This document shows positions 40,306-54,470 of a stretch of 64,000 nt of DNA, one piece after another. The position numbers were made by a program, and so were the translations under genes. Position 1 is the first letter of the stretch, and the number at the start of each line of letters is the position of its first letter. The stretch covers positions 6,944,001 to 7,008,000 of the forward strand of contig NC_043006.1 in the NCBI RefSeq assembly GCF_006345805.1, read 5' to 3'. The notes beneath the pieces are model-generated. The model worked only from the letters and a program-made list of their open reading frames with translations. It ran no database searches and was not told the DNA's origin. This DNA is from Octopus sinensis (taxonomy: Eukaryota).

Positions 40306-40511
40306 TGTCTGTGTCTGTCCCCCCCAACATCGCTTGACAACCGATGCTGGTGTGTTTACGTCCCCGTCACTTAGCGGTTCGGCAAAAGAGACCGATAGAA
40401 TAAGTACTGGGCTTACAAAGAATAAGTCCCGGGATCGATTTGCTCGACTAAAGGCGGTGCTCCGGCATGGCCGCAGTGAAATGACTGAAACAAGTAAAAG
40501 AGTAAAAGAGC
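39819..40511 (+). mobile_element. tRNA-derived SINE, family A, split at its internal (TA)n
   Basis: Head AGGCGGAGGAGTGGCTGTGTGGTAAG with B box GGTTCAGTCCC (to 39982); 3' half 40304-40511 ends gactgaaacaagtaaaagagtaaaagag. Confidence 0.85.
40016..40266 (+). repeat. 151-bp-period tandem duplication of a 100-bp Penelope-tail-like unit
   Basis: 40016-40115 = 40167-40266, separated by (TA)n; related to 58238-58323 (-). Confidence 0.9.
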
Positions 40512-40650
40512 AAGCGTATAGTAACACTACCACCAATAAAAAAAATAACAAGGACAACCAAAGAGATGATGACCAAAGTAACGACAGGATAGAAAGTAGT
40601 ATAACGGGTATGACACTAATCGTTTTCACACCCCTATTCTTCAAACCATA

Positions 40651-41030
40651 CGTTAGTTAGTTAGTTAGTTAGTTAGTTAATTTGGCTCAAAAGCAAATAG
40701 CAAGGCCATGTAGGGGGACATGGAGTTAAGTACAGGGTGGTGTTCATGTAAAGAGTTCAGGCCACTTGAGGTCAAGGGAGGCTTTGAACAAAGCGGTCGT
40801 CGGCATCTTCACCATCTCGTCTGGCAGCTTGTTCCACGGATCCGCAACCCGGACGGAGAAAGCTCCTCCCCTTCGATTGAGATGAAATCGTCGCAGGTAG
40901 AGCTTTTCGGAATGACCCCGCAGCCGACGCTCTGGAGCAGGAGTGAAGAACAGCTCTTTCGAGAGGTTACACTTTCCGCTTATGATGTGGGCGAGAATGA
41001 GATCACCACGGCGGCGGTGATAATTCGTAG
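40651..41030 (-). mobile_element. CR1/L2-group LINE 3'-end fragment with (AACT)n tail
   Basis: RRRGDLILAHIISG...LRGHSEKLYLRRFHLNRRGGAFSVRVADPWNKLP; gttagttagtt tail at 40651-40680. Confidence 0.85.
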
Positions 41031-42030
41031 GATATTAGTTGCATTTAAAGGACAACTATACCCTTCAACAAAAGAGTTTGTATCCCACAACAAACAAACG
41101 ATGAAACCGAAGCGCGCTTCACCACAGCCAAGATAAACTTAGAATTTGGAACAATACACAAAAATACAGGGTGAAAGAGAAGCATATCAATTCGATAAGA
41201 AGTCCGCAAATGGCCTGCGCAAGCTCATACAGCCTACAAAATATAGTGAAGTTGTGTGCTTCCCCAAGGACAAGCGCGACAGAATGTCGTTAGACAGCTT
41301 GCCGAACTACCTCTAGGCAATGCAGCACCACATCACCGATATGAGAGACACAACGGTAGGGGAGTATGAGGTGAGAGAGAAGATCCTCAATACTCACGTG
41401 ATAATGTGGTCAAATATCCTAGAGGCAAAGAAGCACAAGGCGAAAACTAACAACGTGTTATGGGGATGAACCAGAAATTGGACTAACAGTGTCAATGGTA
41501 CTTCAATGATAATATAAATAATAAAAGATCTAATAGAATCTTTAAAAATTAAACAAGAAATTTGAATGGGAAATATTTCGTGTTTTATAGGAAAAAGGGC
41601 TCAACAGAGTGTTTGAACTTGAAATGTTACTTAAAAAATTGTTATACAGAAGTGGTTTAAAATGTTGAGCCTTCATTGATGGGGATTAAGGACGGAAGGG
41701 GACAATTAATGGAATGCAAGAGAGAAGAGAAAGAGGAGGGGAGGAGGAGAGGAGAAACATGAAACAAGAAAAGGAAAAGAGGGAGGAAGAAGAAAGAAAA
41801 GGAGAAGAAGAGAGAAGCATGAAAGAGAGATAGGTGTGGGAAGAAGAATGATGACCTAGAAGAATGATGACCTAGAGGAGAAGCTGGTATGCATGTGCGA
41901 CTGCTGCTCTTTCATAAACAAACTTGACGGACTTGTGCCTCGGTTGATAACTTTCAAGTGCAATCCCATGCCCATTCATGACTAAAGGGGCTGTTTACCT
42001 TTTTCCTCCATATATATATATATACCACCC

Positions 42031-42316
42031 TCACCGTCACCCACCAGGCTATCAGATGTTGCTACACATCGCTGGTCACAATGCGATTCGCATTGTTTTA
42101 GTCTTCAAATGACGCCAGTCCGCTGGCTAAGCGAGCAGGCCAACAGAAGAAAGAGTGAGAGAAAGTTGTGGCGAAAGAGTACAGCAGGGATGGCCACCAC
42201 CCCCTGTCGGAGATTCGTGGAGTTTTAAGTGTTTTCGCTCAATAAACACTCACAACGCCCGATCAGAGAATCGAAACCGCGATCCTACAACCGCGAGTCC
42301 GCTGCCCTAACCACTA
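42031..42316 (-). mobile_element. SINE family C, head slightly truncated
   Basis: Body and tail as in 51080-51384. Confidence 0.85.
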
Positions 42317-42819
42317 GCCTCTACGTGTCTGGGCCTATAGAACAGATTGCAGGAATGAGAAAGAAGTGAAGTGAAAATATACAAAAAAAAGTGTATGCTA
42401 CAGTTTATTCGAAAATAGGTAGCAACTAAAGGACGCTTAGAAACGTCTTAAATTTTTCATAGTCAGACTTTCGAATATTCAGCAAGATTAGATAACTTTG
42501 AAGTAGTACACTCAGCAGATTCTAATTAGAATTTTCTCCTCTTGAAAATGTTAAAGCTTCTATTTTGCTCAAGTCTTTTTATAATGTATCATGTGTGTTT
42601 TTTTTTTGTAGTTTTTCTCTCTCTTTCTTTTATGCTATGTTTAGTTGTAATGTAATGTGCCTGTGTCAGTTACACACTCTGTAATTAAGAAATGCTTTGA
42701 CAAATTACTATTAGATGATTTTCAAATTCGAAGAGTTCTTATTACTTCTAGTTGTTTTATAATTCAGTTCACGTTTCGAGTCGTAGAAACAACGTGATAT
42801 TTTACATCAACATAATATA

Positions 42820-42826
42820 TATATAT

Positions 42827-42872
<46 letters not shown>

Positions 42873-43220
42873 TATATATATACATACACATATATATATA
42901 TACATACAGTCATACTTACAAACATACATACATGTATGTACATATGTATGTATGTATGTACGTATGTTCGTGTGCATGCATGTATGTATGTATGTATGTA
43001 CGTATGTATGTATGTATGCATGCATGCATGTATGTATGTATGTATGCATGTATGTATATATGCATGTATGTACAAACGTACGTACGTACATATATATGCA
43101 TGTATGTATGCATGTACATATGCATGCATGTACAAAGGTACGTACGTATGTACGTATGCATGTATATATGCATATCTGTATATATGTATGTATGTATGAA
43201 TGTATGTATGTATGTATGTA
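42820..43220. repeat. (TA)n/(TATG)n/(CATG) compound microsatellite
   Basis: Direct reading; explains six overlapping low-complexity ORFs. Confidence 0.95.
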
Positions 43221-43646
43221 TAGGCATATTGATCCTTCTCTATATGTGTTAATTAAGTGATAAAATGCCAATACGTAACATACTTCGGTGATAGTCTTAA
43301 CAAATATTTTGTAGCATCTAGGATCCATTAATATGCGTAACGAAATATGAAATTTCATTTCTTTTTACCAATAGATATTATTCGTAGTGTTTTTTTTGAG
43401 AAGCAACATAACACAAATGCAAAATAGCAAAACCATAATAAATTAAGAGGAAATATCACAAAGCGAGTATAAAACGTACTCAAGTTTCCAGTTACCAGAA
43501 TTTAATTCTCTATTACACTTATGCGAAGTACTTGCTGGCAAATCTATCTTTAAGGCATAAATGTATAAAGAATAGCAGAGCAACGTCAGCAAGAAAAAAT
43601 CAATGTTGAAACGTAACATAATAATTAAATACATTACTTATTAAAC

Positions 43647-43693
<47 letters not shown>

Positions 43694-44265
43694 GCTTTTT
43701 ATGTCTGTTAATAGAATACAAAACGTGTTGAAAATCATTAAGCGCCGGTTTATCAAATGTTTAACATTTTGACCTCGGCGTTTTTGTTTGGTATAGAATT
43801 CCCAGTGTACACAGTTGTTAGCAATGAGTAAAAGAATGTCTAAATTGAAAAAGCCTGGAATATTTAGGAACAAAGGTCGCTTAGAAGCAATATAATTACA
43901 TTTTTTTTGTATTTTATATCGTTATTCATATAATTGTAAAATTTCTCCCAAGCCACATTGTATTGTTATTATATTAATAGTATATTAATATGTTACATGA
44001 GGTGTGCAACTTATGTAATTAAGGACAGACGAAATGCTAGTATTTGTTCGGTTCACACGTTCGCCATAAAATTGTCGATGGTAAATATATAAAGCAGATA
44101 AAATTTACTGACTGCGACATATTTTCACGCAATAGTAGAGGGGGCATCAGCAATTATCTCCCAGAAAATTATTTCCCGAGTAGACTCCACAGTCTTTTAG
44201 GACATGGCTACTACCATCAATATTGTCAAGAAATGTTTTTTAAGTTCCTGTAGTAGGGGGGGGGG

Positions 44266-45770
44266 TGTAGCTTACCTACGGCACGGGAACGCTCGTAACG
44301 TCGACTCTTTCCAAACAGGAGACATCCGTGAGAGCCATGAAGCCTCTGGCCTGAACCTCTGACCAGAACACAGCGGCAAATTCCCTAAGCTCAGACGACC
44401 CACATATCCATCCCGAGCGCCAACCCTAAAGCAACAGAGGCCTACGCTTGTCGCCCTTTTGCTCAAGTAACCGTCCTTGCTTCAATCCTTCCGGCAAGGC
44501 CATTCCACTATTCGCGTGAGGTTACTAACCCCTATACATCCGGTAAGGTCCCCAACTTCACAGCCCACACACCTGATCCCAAAGATCATTCCATCATTTC
44601 ACACCTGTCAAAATGTGCCATCCACTTGGACCGAGATTTCTCCCGCAGTGACCTCTGCAGAGAGGGAGCACTGCTCGCATCCCTTCTCATCCTTCGTCAT
44701 CCCACAACCAGACGATTGTGCAGGACATCCAAAAATATGACGCGGTATTACATTCTCAAATACGTTGTTTCGAGAATTCACAGTCATTACTATTCCTTTT
44801 CTCCATTGAGACGTGCAGCGCGCATTTGAGGTCTTGACCCCCAAAATTCCTCGCCTACTTGCAACGAGGGCAGGCTTTCTCTCTTTTGCAGATTCATGTG
44901 AAACCATACACAGATGTTGCCATTCACATCTGGATATATCTCTTTAGGTGGTATCAACTCCTCATCCTACCCTGACGGGGGCGACGACTTATACGAAAAT
45001 CAATACGCCCACCTAGTCTTTTCGCAGATTGAGCTCCAGTACAGTTCCTCCTTCTATAGTTTCCGGTAGTTACGTGCTTAGTCCAAACTTCTTTATATGA
45101 ACAATCACCTCCGTTGCCGACACAACTAAGGTGTCATCAATATATTAATCGCTGGACATTTTTTTATCTTGTACACCTTCCCTAGAATTACTATTTCCTT
45201 TCAAAGTATACTGATAAAATCTTATTTTATTCCTCAATACCATAGGTTATCATTCCGGTGCCATCTGATCCCTCTGCCATCAACAAACTGCCTTTACATC
45301 ACTGAGCCCATTCCACTTCTGAGCTCCTTTCGGAATCTCCAAGTTTGTTGTGCAGCCCGTATACAAGGGCGCCCTTAACAACTACCTTCCAACTAGATCT
45401 AAACTATAGACAGCGATTGTATAAGAGCCTTTACTCGTTTACAGTAACTCCCCTTTGATCGTTCTCCAGACTGCCGTTGCTGAGGATATACCATTCCTGC
45501 TTCCATCGATAGCAAATTTGTTCCACCTTCGGCTTACTGCAGTTCTTCGCCATGTGGACCCCGCTGACACCCAGAACACTGGCCTTTAAATGCTGGCGAC
45601 CGCTCTGTGGAGGTTCTTGTCTTCTCGTCATTCGTCGACCACCATCTGATGCTCTTTGCTTCGTACAGCTTCTGTGATGTTTGTAGAACTTTTCTACCTT
45701 CTGGAAATACAAGAAGTATCAAATGCCCGAAATATATCTCATTTTCCTTCACTTTCACTTTTCAACTAAA
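44266..45770 (-). mobile_element. Internally deleted Gypsy-like LTR retrotransposon relic
   Basis: In order on minus: two decayed CCHC knuckles (FKGQCSGC..HMAKNC, ICYRWKQE, 45490-45595); ALV[D]TGCTTNL protease motif (45345-45372); LRNKIRFY; YIDDTLVV (45133-45144); integrase C-terminal CEWQH, NARCTSQW, RSLREKSRSKWMAHFD; then about 300 bp non-coding ending ...AGCTACA at 44266. Confidence 0.7.
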
Positions 45771-46672
45771 AACTGTAGGTATAAAGTATCTACACAAATA
45801 TCGTATGAGAAGATATGCTGAAATGCCACCTTTGGGCTTATATAAATATATACTTAATGCACGTGAGAAATGGAATCGATTGTCTCAACGCCATACTTAA
45901 GACAAATGACAGGTACTTTAGTTTTAAAACAAGCACACGCACACACACACACACAACACACAACACACACACAAAACACATTTCTGAGTGGTGTGTATGC
46001 ATCGGTGCTTTTCATATAGTTATCAAGAATGTGTGTTTCTATTACTACTGTACTACTTAAGAATTTTCAGACGCTAGTTTGTTGAACTTTTGCTGAAATA
46101 TTACCATACCCTAGGAATACCAAACATAGATAAGAGATTTTCGAAGAACCGATTTATGTTTTGTGAATATCTATTGAACAACAATAGTTTATGTTTTACT
46201 TAACCGGCATAATTATACGCAAAGAGAAAATCAATATATTTTTTCTTATTGAACCACGCTCTCTGTATTATCTGGAGTAATGTTCGATTGTATTTTAAGC
46301 CTTCTGTTACATAGTCGCATCGAACTCCACTTTGCTTTTATGCGAACTTTTTTGTAAATCAATCGGAAGAGGATGAAATATATATATATATATATCAGTA
46401 ATTTGTATACGTCAACTTATTTACAAAATCGACTACAAGCATAGTTTGCCAGAAACAATTTCATTTTCTATTTTATTGCCTATGTTCCGCTATGCCGATG
46501 TCTGACATCAATTTCCTTATTTAGAAAGCTAGTCGTCTACCTTGTATATCCGTAATCTTAGACTAAATGTATAAACGTCATGATCCCTCGTCTTCACTTG
46601 CTCCTGAATATCGTCTTTATATTTGCGGGAAATATTTCACAAGCAATAGACAGCGATACAAACACACACACA

Positions 46673-46704
<32 letters not shown>

Positions 46705-46710
46705 GCATAT

Positions 46711-46767
<57 letters not shown>

Positions 46768-46869
46768 ATGTATGTATATGTACATATATATATATATATA
46801 TATATGTATGCATGTATATGCATATGCATATAAATATGGAATATAAAGCAACAGCGATTTTCAATATTA

Positions 46870-47180
46870 AAAGTGGATTCTCCTTCGAAATAATTGCAAA
46901 TATGAAGACCAAGATATAGAATCTAATATACTGCATAAGCTGCCCAAATTGCAAAGGTTATTTATGTTGGCGAAAGCAATAATTATTGTAACGAATGCGC
47001 CAGGATCCATATACAGCACATCAGACAAAAAGAATCATGCAAGTTTCCTCTAGGGACATATGTGGTAATAAGCAGAAAGAACAGATTCAAGAATTTTCCT
47101 GTCTAGAAATGCAAACTCGATGATCTAAAATAACGGGAGGCAATGAGACTCTATCTTGTAAAAAAAAAATTGGCCTCTAG
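46870..47180 (+). pseudogene. Penelope-like element, GIY-YIG endonuclease relic
   Basis: NLIYCISCPNCKG / IYVGESNN..RIHIQHIRQ: GIY-YIG halves with the CxxC linker typical of PLEs; frameshifted. Confidence 0.8.
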
Positions 47181-49184
47181 TAAACGCGTAAAAATATATC
47201 TATAAAGGCATGAAGAATCATGAAAATAATTAGATCAGCTGATGATCGAGACTAGATTACCACTGAATGTTCTTATTAGTAATGTTCTAACTACTGTTGC
47301 TAAAGTGAGCGGGAACTTGGAACTCTAATTTTTCAGAAAAAAACCCTCTATCAAAATGAAATATGTAGAATATACAATATATCTCTAAATTTAAAAAAAA
47401 ATTACATTCCCACAGGAAATCAAACAGGATCTCTACTGACTATTATTATTAATAATGTTCTCATTAATATTACTAAATTTACTGTAAAAATTCGCTTGAA
47501 GACTAGCATACGACACATGCATACACCCACTCTTTCCCCCCTCTCTCTACATCTCTCTTCCTTCCCCTCTCTCTCTCTCTGCCCCCTCTTTCACTCGCTC
47601 TCTCGCATATGTTTAGACATACAATACACTTGAATAACTCTTCGTTCTACTTTCTAAAAACACAATGAAAATCTCTTCAATCCACTTGCAAGTACATTGA
47701 ATATTTCGATTTAGATATTATTTTGTCTTCATTTCATTAAGATTTATGAATGATAATCCTACATATTGATGAGTTGTTAATTTGAGATATTTTCAATTTT
47801 GCAAGGCAAAAGCGAGCGTCTTTAATCATATATCTTGTGCAATGATAGTTGTTCGCTATATTTAGTACTTAGATGGCAGTAAACCAATTCTGAGGTCATC
47901 ATCTCTCAAAGTTTAAGAAAAAAGTTTGAGTTTCTAACGCTAGTTAGGTGACTGGAAACAATGCTCTGAACTTGGCTCTTCAGCTTCATTATGCATCTTC
48001 AAAGAACCTTAGGGTAATATAATATACTATGTCTGAAACAGTTTCATAACTATATGAAAGCTAATCGTTCGTGATCAAGAAAGCATAAATGGGAGAATAT
48101 ATTCACTCAAATAATGCATCAGTTGTCATAATGACGCAAATCATCAGAAGCATAGAAAGATCTGGTGTGGTTGATTAGTGACACACAGTAATTAATGTAA
48201 TAAACACAATGCACTTTTATTCGACTCCCGTTTTATATATTGACGTTCATTTATAATAACCATTGGGTGCTAAGGAACGCATAATTTTTTATGACACTTC
48301 TCCTACGAAAAAAAAATTAGTTTAAGCAAATTGTAGGAAAAATAATTCTTACGCGTTTGTCAATGACTTCCCAGTAACCTACTGAGTCTGGAATTTGCAT
48401 TTACATTTCATTACACTTCCTATGTTTGACTAACCATAGCAATTTTGGTTTAGCTGAGAAAGTAGCATTCTGAGAAGCAATAAACTTCCATGGTAATGTT
48501 AAAACAATAGAGTGAAGTTATGAGAAATATAATAATCCCGTTCATGTCAGAACAAGCAACTTTGAACTGATATGATATGAAGGAGAATCTTGGCAGCAAT
48601 AAAAAAGTTTTTAATGAGGAAAATTGTCAACATTTACGGTAATACTTTACTTGAACTAAGGATAAATATACAAATATACAAATATTTATGGGAAATTTAT
48701 TTTAAACGAATGTTTGTTTATAGAAGAAGCCCATAAATGCTTTTGTTCAAAGCAGAAAATTGTTATTGTTTGTTCAAAGGAGGAACATTAAACGTTCTTG
48801 AAATAGAAAAATTAGGATTTAAACAAAATAGCGTATTTTTGGAAATATCTTGGTCCACAAAATCTTTTTCGCTCCTTGATGTTTACAGTAAAATAAAACA
48901 AGACAATATTTTAGTCACAGTGGTACTATGATAGACTATATATAATATAGCGTCATATCATGTTTTCCTTTTGAAAATGAAGATGTCTCTGAACATTGAT
49001 GTTTCTTTACAAAACAGTTGTTATTCAGTATGGAAATTATCATATCTGTTTATTTTTCGAGACTAATTATCTCACATTTTTGCATTTCTTCGGATGCTAA
49101 TATTCAATCATGTATATTGAAGACTGAATATATGTTATTAATTCCAACATGCAACAAAAGTCTGTTTTTCACTATTGTATTACC

Positions 49185-50068
49185 AACCACAGTTAATGAA
49201 AGCGTTTCTTGTTCAGGTGCTAGATGTAGCAGCTAAATCCCTATGGATTATAACAATACCCTTTCAAAAAGCAGGAATTCAGTGGAAAATATTGTCTAAA
49301 TATATTTTGAAACAATCTCTAGACATAACTTTTCAAGTAATTCATTTGTAAGAACTTACACGAAAAGTTTTGAGAAGGGTAAAATATACAGTCATTATTT
49401 ACCTACACCACATAATATCTTTACTTCCCATTACATTTGTAGATTTTAGTTAATATTTCATGAGCTTCGGTTCTGTTACTCTGAATTAAATCCCACCGAC
49501 TCGATATGAGTACATATATATATTGTCACAGAAGGAAATCCACCTTCAATGGAGTTGATATATTTTGCACAATATAATATTTTAGTCAGACAAAAGAATA
49601 AGTCAAAACCTGAAAATCGTGGCTACTAATAGTTTTATGTCCAAAATAGAAGGTTGTACGTGTGTTGAACCATGTTGCAACAATTGAAAAGAATGAGCGG
49701 TATCACTAATCATTTTTATATATGTAATAAACAATAAATGATTTCAGTGCTATATTTTAAGCGTGTACTGCTCGGAAGTCTTTTATTGTTGTTCAATATT
49801 TGTCATTAAGTTTCCAAGGAATATTTATTGATATTTAAATAGAGTAGAGTCACTCATCACCTACAACTGAAAAGATAGCTCCTAGCTTCACGTCTAGTAG
49901 GAAAGATATTAGTTATAGAATAATGATACTTCAGTAGATTAGTTCTATTAGCAACCACAGTTGAAGAAAGAGTTTCTTGTTCAGGTGCTAGATGAAGCAG
50001 CTAAATGCCAATGGATTATAATACTATCCTTTCAAAAAGCAGGATTTCTCTAGAAAATATTGTCTAAA
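49185..50068. repeat. Diverged 116-bp direct repeat pair (49185-49300, 49953-50068)
   Basis: Both copies contain gtttcttgttcaggtgctagatg(t/a)agcagctaaat and ctttcaaaaagcagga. Confidence 0.85.
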
Positions 50069-51079
50069 ATACGTTGAAAATATTTCCGAGGATCTTGCAT
50101 GGAATATTGTTGATTTTTATTTCTGTTAGTTTGGAATATGGGGTAAATCATCAATAATTTCCGAAAAATAGTGACTACTTTTGACGAAGGTAAAAGCGAT
50201 TGATATGACAGCCTGATCGCTTTATGTTTATCAGATTACGTCGCATAAACTATACAAAGACGTTGATAGGATGTGAAAAAAAAAACTCTATTGGGTAGTA
50301 AGCAATCCAGAACAACGTTTGTGTGTCGGCTGCTAACTAGTTAGACAAACCAAGCTGTCTCTCTCAAGAAATGCTATGCATAAAAAATAGAAAAATACAT
50401 TGGAAGTAATTAAAATGAAATGAAAATATCAGTTAATCCTTGTATATAATTCTGCCATATATATAGCTGCTCTAAGTGCAGTATGTCAAATTTGATAAGA
50501 AGTTTGCTTCGCATCTACGACTTCCCTGGTTTGATATCACCGCAGGTACCTTCGGCTAACATCATTTTCCAGAATATCGGGCAAATTGTATCTGTGCTTC
50601 AAAAATGTACAGCTTTCTCTCATACTGCGTCACACATATTTTGTCTAGAAATAATTTTTGAACGTTCGTGCTTATAGGAATACTCAGCCACCTTTAATTC
50701 GTGAGAAGTTGATTCACTTGAACGAGACATTGAATCGTCTTTACCGAATGACGGGGATCCACCATTTGTACACATCCTTCTACGTCGTTTTAGTCTATTA
50801 AATACTATAGAGTTTTGATAAAACAATATAGAGTGCTTCCACAAAGTATTCGTTACATAAATCAAATCAAATATTTTCAAAAAAAGAGTTAAATCCATCC
50901 GAAACCAATTCAATTCACTTACAAATGTACGTGCTATTTATCTTATTTTTTGAAATAATTAGGTCAAAAATACTTACAAGATCCAATATTAAACATTTTA
51001 ACAGACCTATGCATCTGTTTCCAAGGCTGAATGACCATAATTAATAAATGAATACAATCTTTTAAATTACATATATTAT

Positions 51080-51384
51080 CACGTGATCGCGTGACCGACC
51101 AGACCATCAGATGTTGTTACACATCGCTGGTCACAATGCGTTCGCATTGTTTTAGCCTTCAAATGACGCCACCCCGCTGGCTGAGCGAGCAGGCCAACAG
51201 AAGAAAGAGTGAAAGAAAGTGTGGTGAAAGAGTACAGCAGGGATCGCCACCACCCCCTGCCGGAGCCTCGTGGAGCTTTTAGGTGTTTTCGCTCAATAAA
51301 CACTCACAATGCCCGGCCTGAGAATCGAAACCGCGATCCTACGACCGCGAGTCCGCTGCCCTAACCACTGGGCCATTGCGCCTC
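51080..51384 (-). mobile_element. Full-length SINE family C with 10-bp TSD
   Basis: TSD catatattat at 51070-51079 and 51385-51394. Confidence 0.9.
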
Positions 51385-51832
51385 CATATATTATAGATAA
51401 CGTAAAACAAATAGATTTCATGTTATGTACGACTGTTATAAACTGCAAAATCTTGTAATCTAACACTGTCTACTATTTACTAGTCTGGCAATATATTTAC
51501 TCTCTTGATTTCTAAAATTTACCGTTGATTACAAATCTACAAATTATGTTTTATTGATAGTATCAGTTCGGTGTGAGTATATGAGACAGTAAAATGGCAG
51601 CGAATATAATTCTACTTACGATGGTTGGATGACTAAGATCGTTACACTTTCTTATAAACGGTGCACTTCAATTGACGAAAAGTATGCATTGCTTTACACT
51701 TGTCTATGGCTATATTTCCAGTGATTAGCTATGCATAGCGGCATTTGATACGCAACAAATTCCCAGTTTAATGTGAAAATTTGTCTGAAATTTTTTGTCT
51801 ATCTCTGCATCACTCCTAAAAGCATCATGATA

Positions 51833-52224
51833 TCTTTATATATAAAAGTGAGGTTGTGTGCTGTCTGTCTCCTACGATTTAGATTCCTAACTACCCCCAC
51901 ATTTTGCGGTGCAGTTTAACCAAAACCGGGTATCTTATAGTCGTGATTCATATCGAGCCCTTCTGGGTATTAGCGCGCGTCTACGATGAGTCTACGATTT
52001 ACATTACCATCAATTTTCCCATCTTTAATGCATTTTTGGCATATATAAGGGAAGTAACTCTCTAAAAATTTATTATTAAATCTCAGAACGTAAAAAGCTA
52101 CAGTAACACCCCCTCCCCCTGTGTGGTTAGCCATATTGAGATGGCTATTATACTTTACATCTCTAAAAATGCTTATATAGTTATTTCCCTTACAAACCCG
52201 AGCAACGCCGGGCGATACTGCTAG
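51833..52224 (+). mobile_element. Complete non-autonomous Helitron (392 bp)
   Basis: A|TC 5' end, subterminal hairpin CCCGAGCAACGCCGGG (52197-52212), 8 nt, CTAG|T 3' end, no TSD. Confidence 0.88.
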
Positions 52225-53436
52225 TAGTTAAATAATCGAACGTTTCCATATTCTACTGCTACGATAAGAATGTCAGCAATACGGTTAAATTAATTTCTAC
52301 ACAAAGAAGGCATGGAATAAATCAATAGTGGATATGCCTGGTATCATAGGACTGTGTTAGATAGACTGAATCTGCTTATGTCTACCGTTTTGATAAATAC
52401 GATATATTTTAACATTCAATACAACACAGACTATCAACATACTGGCAAAAAAAAAAAGAGAACGCCATACTCAAAACAACGATCGTACTGTTTTAAATAG
52501 GAACTTTGCAACTGAAGAGAAACTTGAGATAAATATCTTTATATAGTAGATGTTTCGTTTGAAGAGATTTTTCAGCGATGTTTATAGAATATTATGGCCG
52601 GAAAATAATGGAATGAGTTCAACGAGAAAGCTACAGACACATATGTGTTTTATCTTCTGCGCATAATCAATAAGAAATATGGATTGGTATAATCCTAACA
52701 TAAAATTAATACGAGACTGTTGAGAAGAGCTATAGTTTTCTTTAAACGTAAGTTAACTGTAATAAATATCCGCATATATATTCTAATTTTGACAGATAAT
52801 CAATGCTTAATTTTTTCTTTTATTTTTCTTACTAGAAGACTGTTGAAAAATGTATGCAGAGGAGTCGATCAATATATGTTATATATCATAGAAACAACGA
52901 AGATAGTTTCTTTTATGTAGATGTCTCTCATAATTACAAAACATATTATTTATATAGATGTTGATAATTCTTAGTCAACATGCGAAGTGCTTAAGTTGAT
53001 AGGAGCTGAAAACAGTATTAATAGAGGAGCGTATTTTGTACTTGTTTGTCTTGAAAACTGATACACACAGCTGAATCATTTATTTAACGACCATATTTTC
53101 AAAAGTTTTAGTAGTCTCAGATTTAAATAATTCAAACGAAGAGTGTTGATATACAAAATTACTAGCCAACGTATATTTTGTTTACTTACACATTTAAATA
53201 TAATTATATGGTGTTCATTAAGTCTGTTCCAATATAAAATGGGAACTCCGCTTTACAAACTGATGAATAAACATTCTGACAGCATTCTCTTTCAGTAACA
53301 TGTCGTTTCGTCTCCATTTCCCTCTTTCCTTACAATCTTTTTTCTTCTATTGCTGTCTCCCTTCGCTCCTTTTTCTATCATCAATCTTTCACACACACAC
53401 ACCACACACACACACCACACACACACACACACACAC

Positions 53437-53525
<89 letters not shown>

Positions 53526-53709
53526 TTGCGTAAGGGTGTATTGTCTGTATGCATATAAGTCGGTGCAAGAACGTGTGTAAGTATACCTATATATATATAT
53601 GCATAAGAGTATATATATGTACATACATACATATATTTGTGTGTGTGTGTGTGTGTGTGTGTTTGTATATACACATCACACACACACTAACACATTAGTA
53701 TATATAGTA

Positions 53710-53940
53710 AGGCGGCGAGCTGGCAGAAACGTTAGCACGCCGGGCGAAATGCTTTGCGGTATTTCGTCTGCGTTACGTTGTGAGTTCAAATTCCGCCGAG
53801 GTCGACTTTGCCTTTCATCCTTTCGGGGTCGATAAATTAAGTACCAGTTACGCGCTGGGGTCGATGTAATCGACTTAATACCTATGTCTGTCCTTGTTTG
53901 TCCCCTCTGTGTTTAGCCCCTTGTGGGTAATAAAGAAATA
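53710..53940 (+). mobile_element. Full-length SINE family B with 13-bp TSD
   Basis: TSD agtatatatagta at 53697-53709 and 53941-53953. Confidence 0.92.
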
Positions 53941-54470
53941 AGTATATATAGTATTACATGGCTCTTGTGTACATACGAGTTTCAGAGGGGTTAATAAAGC
54001 GAGAGACCAAGAGAGATAAATTCACACTTTCCTGCACACGTGCGACTATTGTTAATATCTTGGCACTCTAAATGCTCTATCGGATGGAATTGGAGGAGGA
54101 AATTGAAAAATAAACTATCTCACCGAACCCCTACCAGCGCATGAATGTTATTTTAATATGGATATAGTGATATACATTTAAATACATGCGTTTATATATA
54201 CAAATGGATTTCTAAAAGTAGACCTATGTTTCAGAAGTTTTAATTCCGAAACGCGTTGTACCCACTTCGATTACATATTCGTGAAAACTTAAGCAAGTAA
54301 TTTTCCTTATATGTTTGGATTGCCCAACTGCTGTGATATGTATGTAGTCCGTAAATTGCATGACACGAATATCAGCCATACAAATGTTACAAATGTTTAG
54401 TTTATTTCATCCATCAACACATTTATTCTTTCTTCATGCCTTCATGCCTTCATGCAGTTATGCATTTAAG

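Noticed and set aside
44251-44270. Plus-strand polypurine tract plus TG as an LTR start
   Set aside because: The element's coding motifs are on minus, so the G-run is better read as flank beyond a CA-ending LTR.
44608-44700. GCEQC as integrase zinc-finger in ORF 44608..44907
   Set aside because: The frame that fits the element end reads RSLREKSRSKWMAHFD; the CxxC is an out-of-frame coincidence and no HH pair precedes it.
50738-50790. TSP1-like peptide RRRMCTNGGSPSFG (-)
   Set aside because: Lacks the Trp and Cys spacing of thrombospondin repeats; weak donor.
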